Under the pieces are notes generated by a model. It did no database searches. It saw nothing but the letters and a program-made list of their open reading frames with translations, and was not told where the DNA came from. A stretch of DNA of 61,105 nt, counting the filler, from Globobulimina sp. (Eukaryota): the NCBI GenBank assembly GCA_003354225.1. It is 11 parts of 11 records of this genome, joined end to end, with 100 filler letters (N's around TTAATTAATTAA, not from the genome) between each part and the next. Parts side by side here need not be neighbours in the genome. Positions count along the whole stretch, not along the records: positions 1 to 5,478 come from PIVH01000551.1; positions 5,579 to 11,054 come from PIVH01000552.1; 9 more parts are not named here. One strand, written 5' to 3'. The position numbers and the translations under genes are program-made. Every line of letters begins with the position of its first letter. Within the stretch, counting starts at the first letter, position 1. This document shows, one piece after another, positions 1-8,865 of the stretch.

Positions 1-1109
1 GACAACTCTTGACATTCTAACGCTAGTTCAATGACATTTAAATTATCTCCGCGTACAAATGTACGGGTTAATGTTGGTAACAATTTTATTTTATGATCCA
101 TACTGAGCTGGAACGTAGATGCTCGACTTTGTAACTTGTTATTATGTGTCAATAAATCAGCTACTTTAATATTAAAATCCATACAACTCTCATCAAAAAA
201 CGATAATATTAACGCTATAATGCTCTGTGGGATGTCTTGACTTCGATTTCTTAAATATCCACATACCAAATATTCTTTTGCTGTTTGTAACATATATAAT
301 GTTGCTGTGTGAGCTGTGCTTAACTCTTTAATTTTTTCCTCATGATCTTCATAACAAACATCGTCATGATAGGTCTGTGAATATTCAATATCACTTTTTG
401 CATCATCTAAATCTCGATTAATAGTCGTTGTGTTATAATCAGTGCTGACACAATTATAATCGGCATCAGATATACACTCCTCATTACAGCGTATTGTGGC
501 ATGATTTGCGTCACTGTTTGGTGCATTATTGGGAGACATTATTGTTGCACATGGCGGATTACGTGTAAATGCACCATATTCATATCCATAGTTATTATAT
601 GACAATGAATCCGGTGTACATATTACATCTCCGTCTAAATATCTCGTACCAGCACCGGTATTGGACGAAATATCGTCATTTTCTACGATTGATGGCTTAT
701 AATTATAATAATTACAAGAATCTATATTATACACATTAATATTGTAACTTTGTCCATTATTAATGTGGTTATATTTTTTCGTGTTGCATTTGTTAGCACT
801 TTTCTGCGCACCTTTTAATGGAATGGTATACAAATTATCGTCGGTATCGAGTAATAATGTTTTCACAGATCGTGATATTAGTAATCTGTCACCGATCGCG
901 ATACGCATACTCCGTAATCGTTTATTATTTTTAGAAATTGATATTAAATCGTTTCCATTAACTTTATGTTTTTTTAATATTATTGCTGCAGACTTAAGTT
1001 CGCCGTTATCGACTGTCGATAACCAGGCATACACATGAGCTGATGTCCAACGACGTACGTTTACATCCCAATAATGTTCTTTTGGTGCTCTGGTGCATTG
1101 GTTTCCCAT
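1..1109 (-). CDS. SAM-domain protein with predicted N-myristoylation (3' end cut by contig edge); not in ORF track
   Basis: Manual translation from ATG at 1109 is open to position 1: MGNQCTRAPKEHYWDVNVRRWTSAHVYAWLSTVDNGELKSAAIILKKHKVNGNDLISISKNNKRLRSMRIAIGDRLLISRSVKTL (SAM pattern W..HV..WL...H.V.G..L......L..M.I..G.R..I); later YLVCGYLRNRSQDIPQSIIALILSFF. Confidence 0.8.
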   Translation of the reverse strand, partial: MGNQCTRAPKEHYWDVNVRRWTSAHVYAWLSTVDNGELKSAAIILKKHKVNGNDLISISKNNKRLRSMRIAIGDRLLISRSVKTLLLDTDDNLYTIPLKGAQKSANKCNTKKYNHINNGQSYNINVYNIDSCNYYNYKPSIVENDDISSNTGAGTRYLDGDVICTPDSLSYNNYGYEYGAFTRNPPCATIMSPNNAPNSDANHATIRCNEECISDADYNCVSTDYNTTTINRDLDDAKSDIEYSQTYHDDVCYEDHEEKIKELSTAHTATLYMLQTAKEYLVCGYLRNRSQDIPQSIIALILSFFDESCMDFNIKVADLLTHNNKLQSRASTFQLSMDHKIKLLPTLTRTFVRGDNLNVIELALECQEL

Positions 1110-1181
1110 CCTGCTTGCAACGAAGTAGTACTGGAGTCTAAGTTTTGTCTAAAAATACCAGCATCCGGCCGAGATCAGATC

Positions 1182-3095
1182 ATGTTGCTGTGGTTATCAT
1201 TTATGCTTTATTTGGTGCATTGCACTGAATTGAATGCAATCTATGATTATATAGTGGTTGGGTCAGGGACTGGTGGTGTTGTAGCATCGCGCCTGGCAGA
1301 AGCAAAAAATAAAGTGCTACTGATTGAAGCTGGTCACGATGACCTGACCTATTCATGCAAATACAATGATACATGCATTGCTTCACCTTTTGGCAATCTT
1401 ATTGCGGGAACACCGTTGATTCCACTTAAAACTGGTTGGTGGCTATCTGGAGTGCAAGATTTTAAGTGGACTGATGCTGTCTCAATGCAAACCAGTTGGA
1501 ATTATAACAAAACCTCTTTAAATTTTTCATCAGATTTGCTTAGGGCCAAAATGTTAGGTGGCTGCTTATCGCATAATGGAATGGTTTGGACGAGAGGAAG
1601 TGTTCGTGATTTTGATTATATTTCACAAAAATATAATTTATCAAATTGGTCGTTTCAAAATGTATTGCCATATTTTCAAAAGGCAGAAAGATATTTTGGT
1701 GAAAATAAAACATTGCGTGGCGAGAATGGGCCAATACATATCATAAAAAGAAATATATCTAAATGGCAATATCAATCTAATGCATTACTAAAAGCAACAA
1801 TGCTTTCTGGTGTTCCATATAACAATCATCAAAACGGTGATTATCCACAAACTGGAATTGGTTTACTTGAATATAACATTGCAAAATATGAAAACAATAC
1901 ATTTGGTTTATTCAACACCACTCATTATCGCTCATCCGCAGCACAATCATATGTCCGAGATATTGGATTGAAATCTGGATATTTGACAGTTTGGTACCAT
2001 ACAACCGTTCAACGAGTATTATTTGACAATAAACTGGCAGTTGGCGTGGAATATTATGATGGAAACACGTTACGTTCGATATACTGTAGAAAAGAAATTA
2101 TTTTATCCGCTGGGGTTTACCAATCACCACAAATATTAATGCTATCAGGTATTGGCCCGATTGCTGAATTAAACAAATTTAATATTACACCCATTCAGAT
2201 TAATAATAATATTGGTAGATATGGTCAGAATCACCCACTTATTTCATATAATGCGCATCTCAATATGTCATATTTGGATAATCAGACATTGTCATTTCGG
2301 AGATCTGCGAATCATACAATTTGGAATTCATTATTAAATAAGACAGAATATTTGGACATTCCTGGAGGATTTGTGATATTTTTATCATCCGGAAAATATG
2401 ATCGATTAGGAACGGATTATAATGATATTCGATTGGTACAATACATGGTTCCTGCACTCAATGATACGTTGGTCATTACTGTTGATCCACAAATTTATTC
2501 CAAAAATCTGACGGTGAAATTAAAGAGTTTGGATTCGCGAATATACCCAGATGTTTATCCAAATTTGTATGCAGATTCCAGGGATTATAGCCAAATGATG
2601 GAAGGACTAATTGCGTTAAGAAAAATATTATATGGTGATGAGAATATATTTATTGATGATGCGTTTTGGATGAACCTATCCACTGTGGAAGAATGGAGAG
2701 AGTTTATTTGGAAAAATAGTGGCGCTCAGGGTCATGCCTTAGGAACAGTAGCAATGGGATCGGATTCTATTTATCCCGTTGATAGCAAATGTTGTTTGAA
2801 AGGTGTGGCTAATTTACGCGTTGTTGATGTGTCAATATGGCCGGAATCAACAAACAGTGGTACTATGTCTTTGGCGCATATGATTGGTGAAAAATGTGTA
2901 AAATATATTATTGATTATGATAAACAAAAGGAAGAAAGAAATTGGTGGGATAAAAATCAAACTTATGTAATCGTTGTAGTTGTTGCTATTTGTATTGGTT
3001 TCGTGATATTTGGCGGATATAAATGTTATTCCAGAAATAAATGGAGAAGCAAAGATAAGCAGAGTGAAACAATTCCATTGGTCAAAAGCAAATAA
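1182..3095 (+). CDS. GMC oxidoreductase (FAD), signal peptide and C-terminal TM anchor
   Basis: YDYIVVGSGTGG Rossmann motif, RAKMLGGCLSHNGMVWTRG, EIILSAGVYQSPQILMLSGIG, GHALGTVAMG, GVANLRVVDVSIWP. Hydrophobic N-terminus starts at ATG 1182; TM YVIVVVVAICIGFVIFGGY near the C-terminus. Confidence 0.9.
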   Translation: MLLWLSFMLYLVHCTELNAIYDYIVVGSGTGGVVASRLAEAKNKVLLIEAGHDDLTYSCKYNDTCIASPFGNLIAGTPLIPLKTGWWLSGVQDFKWTDAVSMQTSWNYNKTSLNFSSDLLRAKMLGGCLSHNGMVWTRGSVRDFDYISQKYNLSNWSFQNVLPYFQKAERYFGENKTLRGENGPIHIIKRNISKWQYQSNALLKATMLSGVPYNNHQNGDYPQTGIGLLEYNIAKYENNTFGLFNTTHYRSSAAQSYVRDIGLKSGYLTVWYHTTVQRVLFDNKLAVGVEYYDGNTLRSIYCRKEIILSAGVYQSPQILMLSGIGPIAELNKFNITPIQINNNIGRYGQNHPLISYNAHLNMSYLDNQTLSFRRSANHTIWNSLLNKTEYLDIPGGFVIFLSSGKYDRLGTDYNDIRLVQYMVPALNDTLVITVDPQIYSKNLTVKLKSLDSRIYPDVYPNLYADSRDYSQMMEGLIALRKILYGDENIFIDDAFWMNLSTVEEWREFIWKNSGAQGHALGTVAMGSDSIYPVDSKCCLKGVANLRVVDVSIWPESTNSGTMSLAHMIGEKCVKYIIDYDKQKEERNWWDKNQTYVIVVVVAICIGFVIFGGYKCYSRNKWRSKDKQSETIPLVKSK

Positions 3096-3174
3096 CACAA
3101 ATTGTGTTGTTCTTAACTAGAATATTAAAGTTTGGGATGAATGTTTGTGTAGAAAAAAAACAAACTTTTATAGC

Positions 3175-4191
3175 ATGTCACTGGCAACAGACATCAAAGA
3201 GGATTCATTGGCAAAAACAACAGCCATGACAATAATCCCTCCCTCAGAGCATGCAAGTGCTGTATCTCTGAATTCGAACGGATCCAAATCATTGGAATTA
3301 TCATCACAAAGAGATTTATTGTCACCAATAGAATTGCACACATTGGATACTGTATGGCATCATGTAATTCCATTGGCATATAAAATAGTACGTCGCTGTG
3401 CTTGTCGTTCTAAAAAAGAATTCCACAAAACAAAAGTGGATAAATTCATTCGTTTCATCTATCATAAAGCTCATTTATTCTTTCTCACATTGTCAACAAT
3501 GTTGTACATAATATGGATTGTGTCCGGAGCCTATGAAATTAACCATATATTAACATCATTGGTATATTGGCTATTTATAATTCCTCAAATATTATTATTA
3601 TATACGGCAAATTACAGAATGTTCAAGTACTATTTGTGTAATTTCACCTTTTGGTATAAAATAATATCCATTACAATCGGCGTGGTATCCCGACAGCTTA
3701 TATTTGATGGTTCTGCCAGATTTCTGACCTCCGCATTCCATATGATTAGCGCCGTCTCGTTTATTATCTCATACTTTGTTGCCTCACAAACCGTGGCCGG
3801 ATTAAAGGCATATAAATGGCCGCCACAATTGACTGTCGTCTTTATTGTGTTGCTTAGTGTGTTGAATGTAGTGCAAATATGGCAAATCTATAGCAGCCAT
3901 CGTGAATATTTGGTTCTGTTTTTAGGACACCCGATATCATTAAGGAATGTGTCCATGTCTGCCTATACCAATGCGACTGTATTTTACATGAAACAATTGT
4001 TCAATCATTTATATCACAGAGATTGCATGTTGCAAATGGTGAAACTTGATTGGAAGGAAGACGTCACGTCACATGATTTATACTATTCGGATCAATATAA
4101 TTTTGATAAATCATTGTCAAAATCACGCTCTATTGTCATTGGAATCATGTCTAAAACACGTAAAAGGGGCTGTGCTTCTTGTATTTGTTGA
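3175..4191 (+). CDS. Multi-pass membrane protein of unknown function, related to 29814..31913
   Basis: About 6-7 hydrophobic segments; NFTFWYKII and ISLRNVSMSAYTNATVFYMKQ match both halves of 29814..31913. Confidence 0.7.
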   Translation: MSLATDIKEDSLAKTTAMTIIPPSEHASAVSLNSNGSKSLELSSQRDLLSPIELHTLDTVWHHVIPLAYKIVRRCACRSKKEFHKTKVDKFIRFIYHKAHLFFLTLSTMLYIIWIVSGAYEINHILTSLVYWLFIIPQILLLYTANYRMFKYYLCNFTFWYKIISITIGVVSRQLIFDGSARFLTSAFHMISAVSFIISYFVASQTVAGLKAYKWPPQLTVVFIVLLSVLNVVQIWQIYSSHREYLVLFLGHPISLRNVSMSAYTNATVFYMKQLFNHLYHRDCMLQMVKLDWKEDVTSHDLYYSDQYNFDKSLSKSRSIVIGIMSKTRKRGCASCIC

Positions 4192-4333
4192 CATTATGTA
4201 CATATATGTACGTTGAAAAGCAGTTTTTTTGTTATTTATATTATAGTTTTCAATGATTGTGTGATATCTCTTTTTGGTTCAACTCAAGAGTCAAAAAATA
4301 GAATAATTTATAATAAACAGTTTATTATCTAAT

Positions 4334-5065
4334 TTAGGTTCGTTTGTTGTATTTAGTTATTGAGATTACTCGAACTTGATCAGTATTATAAACGACAACT
4401 TCAGCACGACTTAATGCAGTAAATCTGTGACCGCGTGGGTCTTCACCATAAACCAACCGAGCATTAATGTTTTCAATAATTAATGAATCTTTGCCTTTGT
4501 CTCTCAATATTTGCGGCCATGAAGGTGCCTTACTCTTACGCTCCATTTTTTCAATCTCGTCAGCTGTCAGTGAAGCCACTCCTGCTTTAAACAATTTCAT
4601 CAGGATTTCAGCGCAGTCCGCATTTGTTCCACATTCTTGTGCTATCTCAGCTTCGTTACTTGTTGCATATTCCAATGGAGCACCAACCAATACATTACAT
4701 TCTACAATGTAATTATCTTCACCCTTTTGTAAAATGTTTGTTTCGGGTACAGCAGATTCAGGAGCCTTTGCAAAATAAACACCAGGACCAAAATATTTAG
4801 CACTGTTACTTGTCCTCACCGCTCCCTGACGTTTCCTGTCATCGCCTGAATACTGTGAAGAAATCCCATCAGCTCCACTCTGATCTGTAGCATGGAATAA
4901 ACGCATTACACGACGTCCGTGCAATTCTTGCATTCTTTCTGGGGCAAATACAAAACCAGAATCAGATAAACTCAACGTCTCAGTCTTACTCTCACCAGTA
5001 TGACCATCACCGAATTGAGTCAAATCCAAAATCATTACACATAAAACGAATAAATATACAGCCAT
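4334..5065 (-). CDS. Signal-peptide PARP-fold (H-Y-E) ADP-ribosyltransferase-like protein
   Basis: Hydrophobic N-terminus MAVYLFVLCVMILDL; motifs RLFHAT, YFGPGVYFA, IVECNVLVG, GKDS, AEVVVYNTDQV in PARP catalytic-domain order. Confidence 0.75.
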   Translation of the reverse strand: MAVYLFVLCVMILDLTQFGDGHTGESKTETLSLSDSGFVFAPERMQELHGRRVMRLFHATDQSGADGISSQYSGDDRKRQGAVRTSNSAKYFGPGVYFAKAPESAVPETNILQKGEDNYIVECNVLVGAPLEYATSNEAEIAQECGTNADCAEILMKLFKAGVASLTADEIEKMERKSKAPSWPQILRDKGKDSLIIENINARLVYGEDPRGHRFTALSRAEVVVYNTDQVRVISITKYNKRT

Positions 5066-5478
5066 TGTGATTGTGTCTATGTCTCTTGTGATAGTATCAA
5101 ACAGATCGAAGCTTTTATATTATGAGTCATTTCTGCGATTATGAGTCTATACACTGAATGATTTCACCATTACTGATTAGTGAACGGTGCAGTGGATCGA
5201 TAGCGTATTCTCAAAGACAGGGATTGATTTCTGATCTGAATCCAATGCGGAGACTGTTTCAGGTGTGCATCAAATGATACGTATAATACAATTATACTAT
5301 TCAATCAACAATCTTCTGCGTTTTGTTTACGGTTTAATTCTTGGTATTGTGGTTAGAATTGTTGGGGAAGTAATTCGTAATTTGACTTTTTAGGCTTAAA
5401 CTTCTAAACACTTCTTTTGTGATTGGCAAGGTTTTTGGGTTAGCTAGAGTGGTTTTCAACCTAGTATTCGAAGTTGAC

Positions 5479-5578
5479 NNNNNNNNNNNNNNNNNNNNNN
5501 NNNNNNNNNNNNNNNNNNNNNNTTAATTAATTAANNNNNNNNNNNNNNNNNNNNNNNNNNNNNNNNNNNNNNNNNNNN
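5479..5578. other. Artificial contig linker. Identical linkers at 11055-11154, 16629-16728, 22195-22294, 27759-27858, 33322-33421, 38882-38981, 44440-44539, 49997-50096, 55552-55651
   Basis: Each is exactly 100 nt (N44-TTAATTAATTAA-N44) with a six-frame stop cassette; contig lengths decrease monotonically. Confidence 0.99.
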
Positions 5579-5730
5579 TATAATGATGAGGCACAGGCAC
5601 AACGACTATTGGTGAGGTGTTTGATAAGATCAGTACTAAAAAAAAAAACCTTTTCAAACAGGAAAAAAAATCAGTACTTATCGGACACCCCTAATTATCC
5701 GGCTTTTTAGATAAACATCAACAATAAGTC

Positions 5731-6552
5731 ATGAATCAAAGCAAAAGCAAAGAAGTCAGCAGTTATTACAGCAATTGCAACACAGCAGATATTTATGATA
5801 AATTATGGGGATTTGGTAACATTCATCTTGGTTATTTTCCGCATTTGGAAGATGCATCGCAACCAAAACTCACATTCATTGAAGCAGCACCACGTTTAAC
5901 TCAACATATGATGCACCAAAGTGGCATAAATTGTAAATCAAAAGTGATTGAATTTGGTTGTGGCAAAGGTATGGCTGCTTTAGATATTGCAAAAAAAACA
6001 AATTGCGACGTAGTTGGTATTGATTTGACATTTTCACACATTGAGCAAGCACAGAAAGCATTGGATAAATTAAAATTGAAACAAAATGTTGGATTGCAAT
6101 TTGAACAAAGTTCTTTTTTGGATCTGGAACATAAACATTTCAATAAATATACACATGTGTTCAGCCAAGTTGCCATCAATCATTGTCATGATCGGTTTGA
6201 TGAAGTTTGTAAATCTGCTCATAAAATTTTAGCAAAAGGTGGTCGTTTGGTGTGGTGTGATTTTGTGGGTTCAGACAAGGAGATATCCAAAGAAATGCGT
6301 GGTTTATTAAACAGATTAATATTACCACAGTTATTATCACACCAGGCATTTTATAAAAAAATTGAAGAGAATGGGTTCATTGTTGAATCATATCAGAAAT
6401 TAGATCATCATGCATTTTATGGATATGTTTTGGTTGCAGAAAATGCAAAAAAATTTGGTAAACACGATTGGGCACAAAAGTGGGCTCAAACTGCTGAATT
6501 AATTAAAAATGAAGAATTTGGCATGAATTTAGTGATTGCAAAAAAGGTTTAA
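5731..6552 (+). CDS. Class I SAM-dependent methyltransferase, sarcosine/dimethylglycine N-methyltransferase-like
   Basis: Motif I VIEFGCGKG, post-I VVGIDLT, LAKGGRLVWCD; N-terminal YY...IY..LWG..NIHLGY pattern. Confidence 0.8.
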   Translation: MNQSKSKEVSSYYSNCNTADIYDKLWGFGNIHLGYFPHLEDASQPKLTFIEAAPRLTQHMMHQSGINCKSKVIEFGCGKGMAALDIAKKTNCDVVGIDLTFSHIEQAQKALDKLKLKQNVGLQFEQSSFLDLEHKHFNKYTHVFSQVAINHCHDRFDEVCKSAHKILAKGGRLVWCDFVGSDKEISKEMRGLLNRLILPQLLSHQAFYKKIEENGFIVESYQKLDHHAFYGYVLVAENAKKFGKHDWAQKWAQTAELIKNEEFGMNLVIAKKV

Positions 6553-6684
6553 TGATTAACACTACTTTTGTAATACGTCGATTTCAATCTTCTTTTTGTG
6601 TGTGGTTTATCTATTTGTTCCTGACTTCCCCCCACAACCTACAAATATTACATTTTTCTCAGTCTTGACACTAAGCTTATAACA

Positions 6685-8766
6685 ATGTTACAATATTCAG
6701 GTGACACAGAATACATAACTCGCTTAAATGATGAGTCTGAAATGGTAAAGAAACGGTTGTTGTCTCGTGAGAAAGTGTTGGGATTTGGTTGTGAGTGGCG
6801 TGGTGATAATAAAATTGGCGTTATCTCCATCGCGACGCCATGCTCTGTCTATATATTCCATGTGGCGGCCTACAAAGAAAGAATGGACTCGGACTCAGAT
6901 AATACAGATTCGTCATCAGATTCGAATTCCGATATGGACTCAAATAATGAGATAAAAAAAAGGAAAAAGAAATTATTTCTGCATAAAAAAAAAACAATTC
7001 CTCCATTCTTATTGGTTGGCGAAGCAATGTTTAACTTATCGACTCAGAATAATGCGGATGACATATCGCATGAATTGCGATATTTATTGGAATCAAACAA
7101 TTATTTAAAAGTAGGCGTAAATATCACTGCGGATTTTATGAAATTATCACAAGATTATGATGTTCAATGGGATCCAAACTCTATTTTAGATTTAGGAGAT
7201 TTTTATAATTTGAAAAAAGATGCAAATAATGATTGGAATGTATGCAGTTTATGTTCGTTATTATTTGAAGGCGAAATTGATAGAAATCGAGATATTGCAA
7301 AGTCGGAATGGAATAAATATCCATTGGATGATGAACAGATGCGATATTGCTCAGAAACTGCGTATTTTTCATTGAAATTATTCTTTAAAATCAATCAAAT
7401 ATTAAATATGAATAACAGTGATAATGAGGATGAGAGTGATGAGGACAGCGACATTATTGATATTGATACAAAATATAATGGAATACATGAATATGAGTAT
7501 GAATATGAGGAAGGATATGATAATGATATTGAATATGATCATGATTTCGAGAACAAATTAACTGAGGGAACACTATGCGAATTACAACAAAATATTATTG
7601 CTCAGAATAACGAGAAGAATGAGAGTGCATCACCGGAGAATGACGATTATTTTGCAAATATTTGTTGCGATGAATGGCCATTGCAATCCAATGATTTTAT
7701 GTCGATGTCGCCTGTCAATGCTTTGATGAATACATCCAACTCATCTTTGACTCAAATGCAAATATCAACGCATAACGAGCCTTCATTGAAACCATTGAAT
7801 TTGATAAATATGATTGAGGAGGAAATAAAAAGTGAGAATGAGGATATTGAGGTTGTGGAGAGAGTGAGGATTGAAATTGAAGGAAATCTGGCAATAAAAA
7901 TAAGGAAACATGAAATTGAAAACTTGAAGAAAATGGATGTCATCTTATCGTCGTATTGGATGTGGTCTTACCATGACTTAATATTTCCAAATCGGAAAAG
8001 AACGGATTTCAAACACAAATATATGGTCTATGGCACCGGCAATGTAAATACAAATAGAAATGCGTTGTCATTAAAGAAATATGATATTTATACATGTTTT
8101 CATACATTCAATATGTCCTTTGATACAATTATCGCATTCCGAGCCTATTCGCTGAGCTATAAACAGATTGAGATGGCGCTGAGTGATTGCATTAATTTGG
8201 GATACGAATATAATTGGAAGTGGATTAATAATTCGATATTCAAAACATCCAAATATTGTAAAAGCGAGTTAAATGAATGCGAGTCTCAATTGAATGCAAA
8301 CTCATTTTATATCGATTTCATTTTGTTGCAAATTAAAGTGATTGAATTGTTACAAAAACAGTTGAATCAAATATTTATAAAATATCCGGAGCTCAAAGCA
8401 AAATTATTAACCTGTTATAACGAGGAAGGAATAAATCCGAATAAATTACAAAAATTAAAGAAAAATCTGGTAAATAATAAGCAGAATTTTGTGAGTATAA
8501 TCCCCGATAATTATGAGCAAAAATTGAAAAAAGTGCGTGTAATCTTTGAGGATATTTGGATGTTCATCAAGTTGAAACCATTAAGAGTGGAATTAATACG
8601 CTTCTTTCTGAAACAAGAAGAAATGCATAAAAACAATAATCAAGCAAAGCATTTGGAGAAAAGCGACATGAAAATTGACTTATTATTGATAAGATACTCT
8701 CTCATTCGGATGATTGTCTTTCATATTAAACGTGTTGTGTGGATGAAACATTTTATATTTCATTGA
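6685..8766 (+). CDS. WRN/EXD2-type DEDDy 3'-5' exonuclease-like domain (degenerate), acidic linker, C-terminal HTH (WRN/RecQ C-terminal type)
   Basis: VLGFGCEW, LKVGVNITADFMKL, SEWNKYPLDDEQMRYCSETAY; later IYTCFHTFNMSFDTIIAFRAYSLSYKQIEMALSDCINLGYEYNW and LKPLRVEL...IRYSL. Confidence 0.75.
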   Translation: MLQYSGDTEYITRLNDESEMVKKRLLSREKVLGFGCEWRGDNKIGVISIATPCSVYIFHVAAYKERMDSDSDNTDSSSDSNSDMDSNNEIKKRKKKLFLHKKKTIPPFLLVGEAMFNLSTQNNADDISHELRYLLESNNYLKVGVNITADFMKLSQDYDVQWDPNSILDLGDFYNLKKDANNDWNVCSLCSLLFEGEIDRNRDIAKSEWNKYPLDDEQMRYCSETAYFSLKLFFKINQILNMNNSDNEDESDEDSDIIDIDTKYNGIHEYEYEYEEGYDNDIEYDHDFENKLTEGTLCELQQNIIAQNNEKNESASPENDDYFANICCDEWPLQSNDFMSMSPVNALMNTSNSSLTQMQISTHNEPSLKPLNLINMIEEEIKSENEDIEVVERVRIEIEGNLAIKIRKHEIENLKKMDVILSSYWMWSYHDLIFPNRKRTDFKHKYMVYGTGNVNTNRNALSLKKYDIYTCFHTFNMSFDTIIAFRAYSLSYKQIEMALSDCINLGYEYNWKWINNSIFKTSKYCKSELNECESQLNANSFYIDFILLQIKVIELLQKQLNQIFIKYPELKAKLLTCYNEEGINPNKLQKLKKNLVNNKQNFVSIIPDNYEQKLKKVRVIFEDIWMFIKLKPLRVELIRFFLKQEEMHKNNNQAKHLEKSDMKIDLLLIRYSLIRMIVFHIKRVVWMKHFIFH

Positions 8767-8865
8767 GATTCAAAGTGAATTTAGATAAATCATTCAGAGA
8801 ATAAACAAGATATTATTAATTAAACAACATTCCAAAATTGTGTCTTTATTACAATGCTTGCATAG

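Noticed and set aside
1074-1181. ORF-track N-terminal extension of the GMC gene
   Set aside because: Overlaps the start of the divergent SAM gene; ATG 1182 gives a clean signal peptide
5155-5240. Possible box C/D snoRNA (ATGATT...CTGA...CTGA)
   Set aside because: Box C is imperfect, there is no convincing terminal stem, and no adequate guide complementarity was recognised
1182-6552. Choline-oxidase-like GMC plus SDMT-like methyltransferase as a betaine cluster
   Set aside because: Separated by a linker, and neither substrate is established
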